A stretch of DNA of 64,000 nucleotides from Octopus vulgaris. Taxonomy: Eukaryota. The position numbers and the translations under genes are program-made. Each line of letters starts with the position of its first letter. Positions within the stretch are counted from its first letter, which is position 1. This document shows, piece after piece, positions 53,441-64,000 of the stretch. The notes below the pieces were generated by a model. That model did not search any database and was not told the DNA's origin. It saw only the letters and a program-made list of their open reading frames with translations. The stretch is from NCBI GenBank assembly GCA_951406725.2, contig OX597837.1, forward strand, positions 42,408,001-42,472,000, given 5' to 3'.

Positions 53441-53669
53441 GTGGCGAGCTGGCAGAAATGTTAGCGCACCGGGCGGAATGCTTTGCAGTATTTTGTCTGC
53501 CGTTATGTTCTGAGTTCAAATTCCACCGAGGTCAACTTTGCCTTTCATCTTTTTGGGGTCAATTAAATAAGTACCAGTTGTGTACTGGCGTCGATATAAT
53601 CGACCTAATCCGCTTGTCTGTCCTTGTTTGTCCCCTCTGTGTTTAGCCCCTTGTGGGTAGTAAAGAAAT
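53441..53669 (+). mobile_element. Family B SINE inside a family A SINE (about 53288-53890)
   Basis: TSD AGGTACTGAAAGAAG at 53426-53440 and 53670-53684. Confidence 0.9.
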
Positions 53670-54099
53670 AGGTACTGAAAGAAGTCTGTTATATGTATGT
53701 GAGTGCATATCTGTATTTATTTTCATTGCCCATAACTACTTGGCAACCAGTGCTAGTTTTGTTTACGTCTCTATAACTTAAGGTGTCCAGCATACGAAGC
53801 CAACAGAGTAAGTCTCAGGTTTTAAACTAAAAATCCTGGGGTCACTTTGTAGGCCAAAACCCTTCAAGGCAGAGCCACACCATGGCTGCAACCAAGTTAG
53901 TTTGAATTTGTTGACATCCACTCGGTGTGCTTATATGGACATATCGATAATTCACAGTGTTACTTGTCACTATCAGAGCAAAATGGCAGTGGTGTTTGCA
54001 TTCTATGTTGTCATAAGGGTTGATGACAGGCAGAGCATCCAGTCATAAAATTCTTCCTCAAATAATTCTCATATGTTCTTTGTTAGCAAGGAGAACAGG

Positions 54100-54391
54100 G
54101 CTTACTCTTTGTAAGCCTAATACTTATTCTATTGGTCTCTTTTGCTGAACCACTAAGTTATGGGGACATAAACACACCAACATTGGTTGTCAAGCGATGT
54201 TGGGGGGACATATATATATATATATACGACAAGCTTCTTTTAGATTCCGTCTACCAAATCCACTCACAAGGCTTTGGTCAGCCCGAGGTTATAGTAAAAG
54301 ACACTTGCCCAAGGTGCCACACAGTGGGACTGAACCCGGAACCATGTGGTTGGTAAGCAAGCTACATACCACACAGTCACTCCTGTGCCTA
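54100..54391 (-). mobile_element. Family A SINE, 3'-truncated
   Basis: Match to the other family A copies. Confidence 0.85.
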
Positions 54392-56615
54392 TAAGGTGTT
54401 AAACAAATGAACACAGGCAGCATATTCTGTCAGAAATATTATCACTAAATGAACAAAAGCAGCATATTTTGTTAGAAATATTGCCACTAAAGAGTTAATG
54501 AATTACTTGCTCAGGGGACAAACATAATCATATTAAGCTGGGCTTGAGCTTGTGATCTTAACATTGACTGCACCTTCAGAACGGAATAATATTATACCTC
54601 AATTGAACAAGTCACCCAATAGTAGATAGCTTATCTTCAGAGTTGTATTCAATGGAGCTAAATCAAATGTACAAAGATTTATTCATAGTATCAAGCATGA
54701 CTTGCAAGTTAATGTTTTCTCCAAATTGATCTGTAGCATAGAAATTTAAGTGACAACCAATGTTGATATAATGGAAACTATTCGAAGCCATTCTGAAAAT
54801 GTTTCTATTGCTATAGTTAGCTTATTTTATGCCACCTCACTTTCAGGCAATAACAAATATTCTTAGTGTCAAAAATGTGCGGAGAACACACAAATGGCAA
54901 GAAAATGTCATTAAGTCATTCTTTTTTAATTCAGCCAATTAGATAAGATTGAAAAGGACATAATATATCAATGAAAGCACTGGATTCTAAAAAGGAAGCC
55001 AGTGTTTAAAATGACAATGAATTTTGTTTCACTGCTTTTAGATACGAGCAGAAATAAAAGATGCTATTAACAAGAATAACAACAATCCGCAAGGGATTCG
55101 GAAAGCAAGAGATATTTCCAAAAGTTTTATAGGTAGCAATAGTCTCTGGTGAACTAAATTGTAGAGACATTTTCCTTTTTATCACGGAGACGACTTAAGA
55201 GCAACATATATTAATTCCCCAAACGACTCTGATTCCTCATAACCACTTATTTATGTATTATATTCACTTCTATATCCATCACTAAAGTACTGCTATTAAA
55301 AGCTCTCCTCTTATGCCTATCACCAATGATTAACAATACAATATTGTAAATATCTACTGAATGTTAACAGTAAATTGTAACTGCGATTTTATTGTTATTT
55401 TTTTTTAATTCTTTTTGATATTTTTCCTTTTCTTTTCTTTTGTAACCAGGCAAACGAAATAATTATAATAAATCAACTTGAAAACTTCTCCTGACAGTAA
55501 ATTTCAATGTGACTTACTGAAGCCAGTAAAATCTGTGCATTTTATTATAGCCCGCAAAATTGTCACTGAATATATATATAACCCCGATGAAATGCAAGAG
55601 AAAAAGATTCAATAGCACTGAATATGTTTAGCAATCTTTAAATCTAAACCCTGAGTAGTACTATTTGGAATAAAGGTATAAAAAAAAAATAAACACCCTG
55701 TATTCATTGGCGTTAGGTTTCAATCCTCAGCAGTAAACATTTTTTTTTTTTTTCCATTGGAATATATTCAGGAATAATAAATATTCTAAGTCAACCAAAT
55801 AATATACAATAACTTCTGTAACACCGTCTTTCAACACAGTTTTTGTGTGCCTGTTCATTTTCATATCAGCTTTGAAATGTGTGTGTGTGTGTATATGTAT
55901 AGATAGATGTATGCACCAGATAATGGATGGAGAAAACATGAACGTTTTAAGATGGATAGATTAGTGGTGAGTAGTGGAGACCCTACAGGCCACATTAATA
56001 AAAGAAAATGTTCAGATATTTACAAAAGATGAAATAAGGAAACATATTGGCATAAATGATTATAACATTTTCCTCCCTCCGTCCCCATAAATTTCACCTT
56101 TTACACAAAATGAACACAAAAACTCTCTTCCTATGACTTGACCTGTTAGTTTTAGCACTAAGAAGATACATTGACAAGTAGCCTGTCCTCTGTGTGTGTG
56201 TGTGTATGTGTGGGCGTATGTGAGATGTATGTGTATGTATGTACACATATTTTCTTACCAAACCTCCATATTCTTCTTGCCTTCCCTTTCACCTCACACT
56301 CATTCCTGCAACCACCCCTCACTTCCTTGCTTTCTTCACATACAATACTATCACTTACACCTTCACACCACCCATAACACACCACCCACCCACTATCCCA
56401 TGCTGCTACTAAGTGTCCCCACTTGCACACCTCTACACACACACACATCCACACACTTCCTTAATACCCAAATCAATGCACCGATACGCTGCGCTAACAC
56501 ATCCTTTCTTAACTCCCTGCACCAAAAGAACCAAATTTTCATCTGGCCCCTAACCTCCTTGCCAGATTTTTTTCCTTTTCAGCCACTGTTCTCCTTCACT
56601 TTCCTCCTACATTTT

Positions 56616-56650
56616 CCTTCTGATGAAGAGCTAATGGCAGAAACATTAAC
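56616..56650 (+). other. Degenerate hammerhead-like motif at the end of a C-rich, possibly Penelope-derived tract
   Basis: CTGATGA-AGAGCTAATGGCA-GAAACATTA. Core boxes are present but the stems are broken. Confidence 0.35.
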
Positions 56651-56766
56651 ACTCTTTCCTTTTCTTGTAATTGTTAAACTAACACAATATTTGTTAAAAA
56701 TTGACCCTCCTACATTGTCTTCTTACTGTGTTTGCTGTTTTCATACTGTGTGTATACGTATGTATT

Positions 56767-56811
<45 letters not shown>

Positions 56812-56814
56812 ATG

Positions 56815-56846
<32 letters not shown>

Positions 56847-57077
56847 ACAGAATTTTTTGCGTAATAAGATCAAAAACCCAATGCTCTAATATCTATACAG
56901 CCTTGGTTTTTTTATCTTATTACGCAAAAACTTCTTATATACACACATGCTGGCATAGAACCAACGTTGAACCATTTATTCGCAATATTACCAAATCTGG
57001 AACTTAACTATGGTCTGTCTATAGCACTTATTCAGCATTACCTGACACCTTCGGGTCTCAATGACACCATTATCTCT

Positions 57078-57152
<75 letters not shown>

Positions 57153-57693
57153 GTATATATATATATATGCATGCATATGTATGTGTATGTATATAAAGTG
57201 TGCTTGTGTGTGTGTGAATGACATTCCATGTGTCCTCACTAACACTATCTGGGTAAAAGTGGCATCTTTGTTTACAATGCCTCATAAGCAAGCAGTCGTA
57301 TAGATTCTGCTTTCGATATGTGGGGATAAATTGAAAGGGAAAACAGCCTCATTTAGAAAACATGGTAAGAGCAGGCAACAGGGAGTGCATCTGACCATTG
57401 AAAATATGCACAATTGAACCAAAAGCCATTTGGGTTGTAAAGTTAGCTGCTGACCCATACAGCCATGGCTGTGCCTATATCAGTGCTTTATCAACATTTT
57501 GTTATTTCTGTGAATATTAAGGTGGTGAGCTGTCAGAATTGTTATGCACCAAACGAAATGCTTGACAACACTGCTTCCAGCTCTCTGTGTTTCTGGGTTC
57601 AAACTGCACTGGAGTTGACTTTGCCTTCTATCTCTTCAGTCAATCAAATAAATACCAGTTGAAAACTGGGGTCAATGTAACTGACATCCCCAC

Positions 57694-57931
57694 TTACTTA
57701 CTTGTACTTGTGGCAACATTCACCCTGGGTGGATTGAGTCAGCTTCTTCCACCACCCTCGAGGCATCTCGAACCATGGCAGTGGAAGAAGTTTCGTGGGA
57801 ATATGAATTCACAAGCGGTCCCCAACAATCCTGCATGTAGAGATATCCTGTTTGCCGCAAATTTTCCGCAGACACAGGGACAGAATGACCGAGGAGCCGT
57901 TGATTGCCGAAACAGACACTCCAAGGATTTT
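57694..57931 (-). mobile_element. CpG-rich insertion with RTE-type 3' end and (AAGT)n tail
   Basis: Minus strand ends GCTGACTCAATCCACCCAGGGTGAATGTTGCCACAAGTACAAGTAAGTAAG (ADSIHPG*MLPQVQVSK), resembling RTE 3' ends. It interrupts a decayed B-type SINE. Confidence 0.6.
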
Positions 57932-59380
57932 CACCCTCCCTTCAAAATTGCTGGCCTTGTGCCAAAATTAGAGAGAATTATTATTGATAAATACTTTTAC
58001 ACCTAGTCCAAGTTTGCAATCTGGTCTTGATTCCCAAATGACCAATATATTAGTAGGAAGATAGCCACAACTTGCCAGGTACTGCCTGTGGTACTCTTCC
58101 AAAACCATGGTCAAAACTTTGATGGAAGACAATGCTGCTGTGACTGCTGGTAATTTCAGGGCACTGGCAATGGAACAGGTAATGTGGCACACCTGTTGTC
58201 AGGCCCAACACAAGCACAAGTTGTAGTCAGTCGGTGATGGTGACGATGACAGTGCATTGTGGAGGAAAGCAGAAAACAAAAGCTACATGATTCCTGTTCC
58301 TGGAAATTCGAATCACCTTGGTTCCTTTAGTTGATAAATCGTGGACATTGTTTCTCTCATTCACACTGCTGCAAATCAATAAATGTAATAATGTACTGCT
58401 TGCTAGTCAAGTAGCTAAACTTGCTCAACTTTGCTCAACAGGGTAGATTAATGAACCTTGGATGAATGGAAAGTAAAGTTTAAACCTGGCAGAATATGTC
58501 GTTAGAAAGTAGAGAAATAAATCTAAATAAATGGCATCAGAACTGACATGCTATTATTAATGTAATGCCAACTCCTTTGAAAAGTTGCCACTGTACTTAC
58601 TAAAGACTGAGCCCACTCCTCTGACACATGACCCCCACCACCCTCATTCAATATTTCATCAATTATGATTTCGTATTTGTCTCCCTTGCTTTTCTTGACA
58701 AGCGTTATTATTAATGCTAGTATTTTTCTTTATTATTCCTGTAATTTTAATCAATTAAAACTTTTAGGTGAGCTCACTGCATTGTGTATGCGAGACCTCG
58801 TTTATTTGGTCTCTTTTTCTTTTTCTTTTTTTTTTTTGGATAGCTGTAAGAATAAAAAGCAATGCTGATCTACAACCATCACCACCACGACCACCTAACA
58901 ACTGAACTCTGTTCACTGACAGTCAAAATTGAATCTTATACAGAAGAGCACCACAATTCTGAATTAAGCCCAATGTATTATTGATATGTATGTTATCAAC
59001 ACTGGAAGAAAGACAAAGTCAACCCCCTTATCCCCCACCCAGCAACAAAACACAATTAGTTCATTAGAAGGTGAATAGTGTACTACAGTTCTAAACTGAG
59101 CCAAGCACGTTATCTTCTCTCTTTTACTTGTCTCCATCACTGGACCGTAGCCACCCTGGAACACCACCTTATGAAGTTTATTCAAACAACTCAGCCCCAG
59201 TAGATATTTTTTTTTAAGCCTGGTACTTATTCTATTGGTCTTTTTTGATGAATTGCTAAGTTATGAGGATGTAAACAAAACAACAGCTGTTGTCATGCAG
59301 CAGTGGAGGACAAATATATTCACAAAGACACACACACACACAAATATATAAATACATATGACAGGCTTCTTTCAGTTTCT

Positions 59381-59613
59381 TATTTCTTTATTGCCCACAA
59401 GGGGTTAAACATAGAGGGGACAAACAAGGACAGACAAGTGGATTAAGTTGATTATATCAACCCCAGTGCGTAACTGGTACTTAATTTATCGACCCCGAAA
59501 GGATGAAAGGCAAAGTCGACCTCAGCAGAAACTGAACTCAGAGCATAAAGACAGACGAAATATCAGTAAGCATTTCGTCTGGCGTGCTAACATTTCTGCC
59601 AGCTCGCCGCCTT
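59381..59613 (-). mobile_element. Family B SINE inside a family A SINE (about 59115-59765)
   Basis: TSD AGGCTTCTTTCAGTTTCT at 59363-59380 and 59614-59631. Confidence 0.9.
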
Positions 59614-60400
59614 AGGCTTCTTTCAGTTTCTGTTTACCAAATCCACCTGCAAGGCTTTGGTCAGCCTAAAGCTATAGTAGAAGACACTTGCCCAAAGTAC
59701 CACACTGTGGGACTGAACCTCAAACCACGTGGCTGGGAAATGAACTTCTTACTTACACAGCCACCAACACTGGAAGAATGAAAGTGAAAGTTAAACTTGG
59801 TGGGATTTGAAATCAGAATGTAAGTAAGTAAATGTGGCAAAGTCATTTTATATTTAGTGCTGCACTCAGCCATTTCTGTTACTTCATTAATATTTAACAA
59901 GAACACCAACAGAAATAATTAAAAAAAAAAAAGAAGAAAAAAAGAGAAGCGAGAGAAACCTTTATCAGTTTTAAACATTCTGCCAATATGTTTGTTGGCT
60001 TTGTAAACAGTTGCTTGTCCATAGGCTTCCGAATTTGACATTGTAACTATTATGTCTCAGAAGCAACTTTAACAGAACAAAAACTTAACAAATCTATTTT
60101 ACCACTGAACCATGACTGTGTTTGAGAAAGCTTATTTGTTTAGAATGTGGATATATGCCAAGAGCAATTCGATTTTAATTTGAGAGGAAGAAATAGTGTT
60201 TCTCTTGAGTATCATAATCAGATGGAAAAAAGAAAAAAGAAGAAAAACAAAAACAAAAACGAAAACGAAAATCATCACCCAGGACCTGTCAAAAAGTCCA
60301 TTTGTTTATTTAACAAACTCTGAATTTATGTGCACAGCCAATTTCCAATGATTTTCGAACCAGCACACTCACACACAAAACATATAATAGGGGGGTAGGA

Positions 60401-60405
60401 GGAGA

Positions 60406-60495
<90 letters not shown>
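60401..60495. repeat. (GA)n microsatellite
   Basis: Direct reading. Confidence 0.97.
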
Positions 60496-60500
<5 letters not shown>

Positions 60501-61216
60501 GCTGATGCAGCATAATGTTTTAACAGGTTAAACAAGCCATGTTTTAAAGCGTTTGCAAAATGTCTAAGTTTTATGATTTACTCATTGTAAACTCATCAAG
60601 TCACTACGAATAATCAGAAGCGGATGTTGCTTCTGAATTTTGTATAAGGGGGGGAAACAAATGATAGAATTGCAAGTAGATATATTTACATACACAGAGA
60701 AAATATTGATGCAAAAATGCATGAAACCTATTTGTTATAGAAATAATACAAGAGACAATGGAATAGAGAATATTCAAGTGTATGAGTTTAATGTACTGAA
60801 AACAAAAGCGTACGAAATATGTTGCACAAATTTTAATCTAAAAATGGGTGTTGAAACAACTATCGCTGAGGTTCAGAACAGACATCTTTGCCAATAATTA
60901 AACACATACTCACTGCCCATTCACTTTTTTTAGTTCTTTCATTTGTATCAGAGTCTTTTGTTACCATCTTGCAAAATATTTATTCACTGATCTCTGTCGA
61001 TTGTCTTTGAGTTTATAAAATGACTTTTTATATGGTTAAACTTTTATATGTTTATTTCGGTCTTCTTAAATTTTTGGCTATTATACTACTTTTAAGCCGA
61101 TTCTATTATTGTCTGGATTGAGAGGTTTTAAATTAAAAACAATAAGTTTGGCAATGGAAGAATTACATTTATCTCAATTCTGCATTTGAGACGAGGGATT
61201 TATATTTTGTGTACTG

Positions 61217-61613
61217 TTTATATTAGTCAAACTAGTGTCCCCTGTTGGTTGCTATTTTCACCATCTTTCAGCTGTTGTATGCTCTAACTTTCTTCAGATG
61301 TCTCGTGTTGAGCTCAGGTATAGCATAGTAGATAAAGACATTGGTTAATGCAGTGCAGTCACCTAGAGGTGCTGAGTTCAATTCTAGGCAAGGCACTAAA
61401 GTAATTCACAAAAACATAAACTGAAGCAAAAAGAAAAAAAACCTCATGAAATGCAGAGAGCAGTATGAGAAAAATGTACCCTGATGGATGGGTTTGAAAT
61501 TCTGATACAACACTTGAGTTCAACATAAAACACCTGAAGAAGGCCAGAGCATACAAAAGCCAAAACCGCAAAAGCAACGATCAAGATGAAAACACCAGTC
61601 TGGCTAATATAAA
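61217..61613. mobile_element. Diverged inverted repeat pair carrying decayed hammerhead-like motifs (Penelope-like remnant)
   Basis: The reverse complement of 61217-61326 aligns by eye with 61505-61613. Both arms contain CTGAAGA-ARG...RGC(T/C)-(G/A)AAA. Confidence 0.55.
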
Positions 61614-61702
61614 AAGTATATATTTATCTCCTTTGATTTATAAGTTCTCTAATTTAGATAATACCAGGTGTATGTGTTAAGATAGGTGTAAATGCAAACA
61701 TA

Positions 61703-61815
61703 ATCTTATACATAAATGGCAATTTCTGTCTGTTGATCTGCCTGTTACCATCTTGCTGCCTACACCAGTGAACCAATCTTGATGAAATTTTGCATACATG
61801 TTAAACTAACATCCA
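61703..61815 (+). mobile_element. Possible non-autonomous Helitron-like 5' fragment
   Basis: ATCTTATACATAAATGGCAATTTCTGTCTG...CCAATCTTGATGAAATTTTGC resembles invertebrate Helitron/DINE-like 5' ends. No 3' hairpin or CTAG is seen. Confidence 0.35.
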
Positions 61816-61935
61816 GTTCAATTATAAAAAAGGTGTCTGCCTAATTACACAGATAATCTCAAGTGATCAACTGGATTTGTATTTAGTATGTCAAGTACTT
61901 CCTTGACAATTTTATTATATCTGTTACTTATATCT

Positions 61936-62145
61936 TTAACCCTTTAGCATATCTGGTCTAAATATTCTACCTGTCTTATATTCAAAGTGGCCAGATCTTG
62001 CTTCTCACACCTACCCTACAACGTCATGCTAAAAATATACAATCATATCATCAAAATCTCAAAGCCACAAGATAACCCTAACTGAAAGCTATGTGAATAA
62101 ATAAGCATTACATTTGGCAGAGTAATCTGAATGCTAAAGGATTAA
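61936..62145. mobile_element. piggyBac-like MITE P1
   Basis: TTAA-CCCTTTAGCAT...ATGCTAAAGGA-TTAA. Confidence 0.8.
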
Positions 62146-63086
62146 GGTATGGCATAGCAGTAATTTCATTTTGATGCTGCTTATATATAAAATACATTGC
62201 AAAAAAAAATTGTAAAAAAAAAACCAACAAAAAACAAAACAAGACATTTCCATCCCTCTTTGAAGAAGTCAGCCATTGGTAATGTTTTCTCCATAGAAAC
62301 AGCACGTGCGCACATGTGCACACGAGCATGTCCATGTACATCTGATACATCAGTGCACATGCATGTCAATATACATCTGGTGTTTGTGTGTGCACACATT
62401 TGCATAGAAGATGCAGTCATAGTCAAATGGTTAAGAGGTTTACTTTGCAATCATGAGATCATGGGATCAATCCTGCTGTGCAGCATCTCAAGCATTTTTT
62501 TAGAATGGCCTCAGATTGAATCAAGCATTGTGAATGCAACTGGGTAGATAGAAAATGTGCAGAAACTGTTCCTGAAATTCAGCCTTGTAATACACTGTGC
62601 CTATGGAATACTCAGCCACCTGAACACCAGTTCAGTGAAGAGGTAGTGTAGTTGGCTGAATAACTGGAATGTTCATTATCAAAGCTGACAGAGAAACTAT
62701 TTAAATCTTTAGGTACATTATGAACATCTGCAAATATTTCATTCAATAAGACAGCTCAGCACATCTTTCAATTTATTTGGCGCTTGCAGAGATCTTATTT
62801 AAAATTCCCAGGGAACAATTAAAACTGCATGTGGGTGTATGTGTGTGTGTGTGTGTGTGTGGGTGTGTGTGGGTGTGTATTTTGTGATCACATCAGTTTT
62901 GTTTAGCTCCAAACAATTGAAAATAAACAAATCATTAAAAGTCATTTGGTTATTTTCTTTTACAGCCTTTAATACCGTGTCTACGACCACCACTATTGAC
63001 AATTATATACATTATGAAACCTGAACATCATTTAATGGAGACATTTACAAAGAAGAAAGGAGTAAAAATAAAAAAAAAAGATTCAA

Positions 63087-63125
<39 letters not shown>

Positions 63126-63675
63126 AAACCCCAAAAACAAAATATGAGGATGTTCTTGTTTTAAAGTCTTATATTTACGAACAAGGCAAACACTGAAAGA
63201 ATAAAAAAAAATATAACAAAGTAAAAAGAATTTTTGAATAATTAAAAATTTATTGGAGACAAGACATGAGAGAGAAAGAAGGAAAAAAAGAGAAAGAGGG
63301 AGAGGTGGGGGGTAGTTAATAAAAGTGGAAGTGAACACAAAGTTTAGAAAAGGGAATAAAATTAATGAAAACAATTCATTTTTAATTTGAATTTTATCCG
63401 TAATTTGACGTGTAGTTAGAGCACTAAAACAGGTCATCGAAATAAATTTAGTTCTGACATTCAGTTATTGCTGCCACCCTCCACCCCACACACACACACA
63501 CATTTATTGTTCGTTACATGCACAACAAAAGAGGTATATGGAATATCTGCATGCTGTTTCCTTACAGGCAAATACTCACACACACACACATATATATACG
63601 TATATACATACATGTATGCACATAAAGATGCATACATTCATACATACACATATATATACATATATTTACATACAT

Positions 63676-63720
<45 letters not shown>

Positions 63721-63734
63721 ATACGTGTGTATAC

Positions 63735-63775
<41 letters not shown>

Positions 63776-63871
63776 CATACATATATACAGATACATATTC
63801 TTTTATCCTTTTATTCATTTCAGCCATGCAGCTGTGGTCATTCTGAAGCACCAATATGAGAAAAAGAATGA

Positions 63872-63909
<38 letters not shown>

Positions 63910-64000
63910 TTCGAGACAAAACCACTATTTTGCAAAACAAACAAGGAAAGACTTAATCAATACATAAAAATTTTTAATATAAAGAAATAAACCGCCACTA

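Noticed and set aside
56196-56864. 222-aa ORF
   Set aside because: It is built from microsatellites and a low-complexity C-rich tract with no recognisable domain.
57810-57925. Possible HDV-like ribozyme on the minus strand (GGC-TCCTCG-GTC, with putative P1/P2 pairings)
   Set aside because: I could not build a consistent nested double pseudoknot. The P1/P3 registers conflict and there is no canonical J4/2 C-N-R-A. A covariance-model search would settle it.

Overview
This is an AT-rich, microsatellite-dense and repeat-dense metazoan window. Its SINE families (tRNA-head CORE-like and Meta-like SINEs, plus a (GAT)n-tailed family) resemble those of octopus/coleoid cephalopod genomes; this is inferred from recognised motifs, not from a database search. 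I find no intact host protein-coding gene, rRNA, tRNA or CRISPR array. Nearly all listed ORFs are artefacts of simple repeats or SINEs, so the window looks intronic or intergenic. It contains three abundant retroposon families (A, B, C), often nested with clear target-site duplications (TSDs). It also holds decayed RTE-clade LINE fragments, a mariner transposase remnant, and piggyBac-like, hAT-like and long-TIR MITEs. The most notable item is an apparently intact minimal type-I hammerhead ribozyme at 36313-36348 on the minus strand. It has a compensatory U3:A8 core and a palindromic stem III, as in Penelope-like elements. Other observations are further decayed hammerhead-like motifs, several near-perfect fold-back hairpins, repeated SINE-into-SINE insertion at the same site, a 67-bp monomer array with dimeric higher-order structure, and candidate recursive splice sites. 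Boundaries of decayed repeats are approximate (about 10-20 bp).
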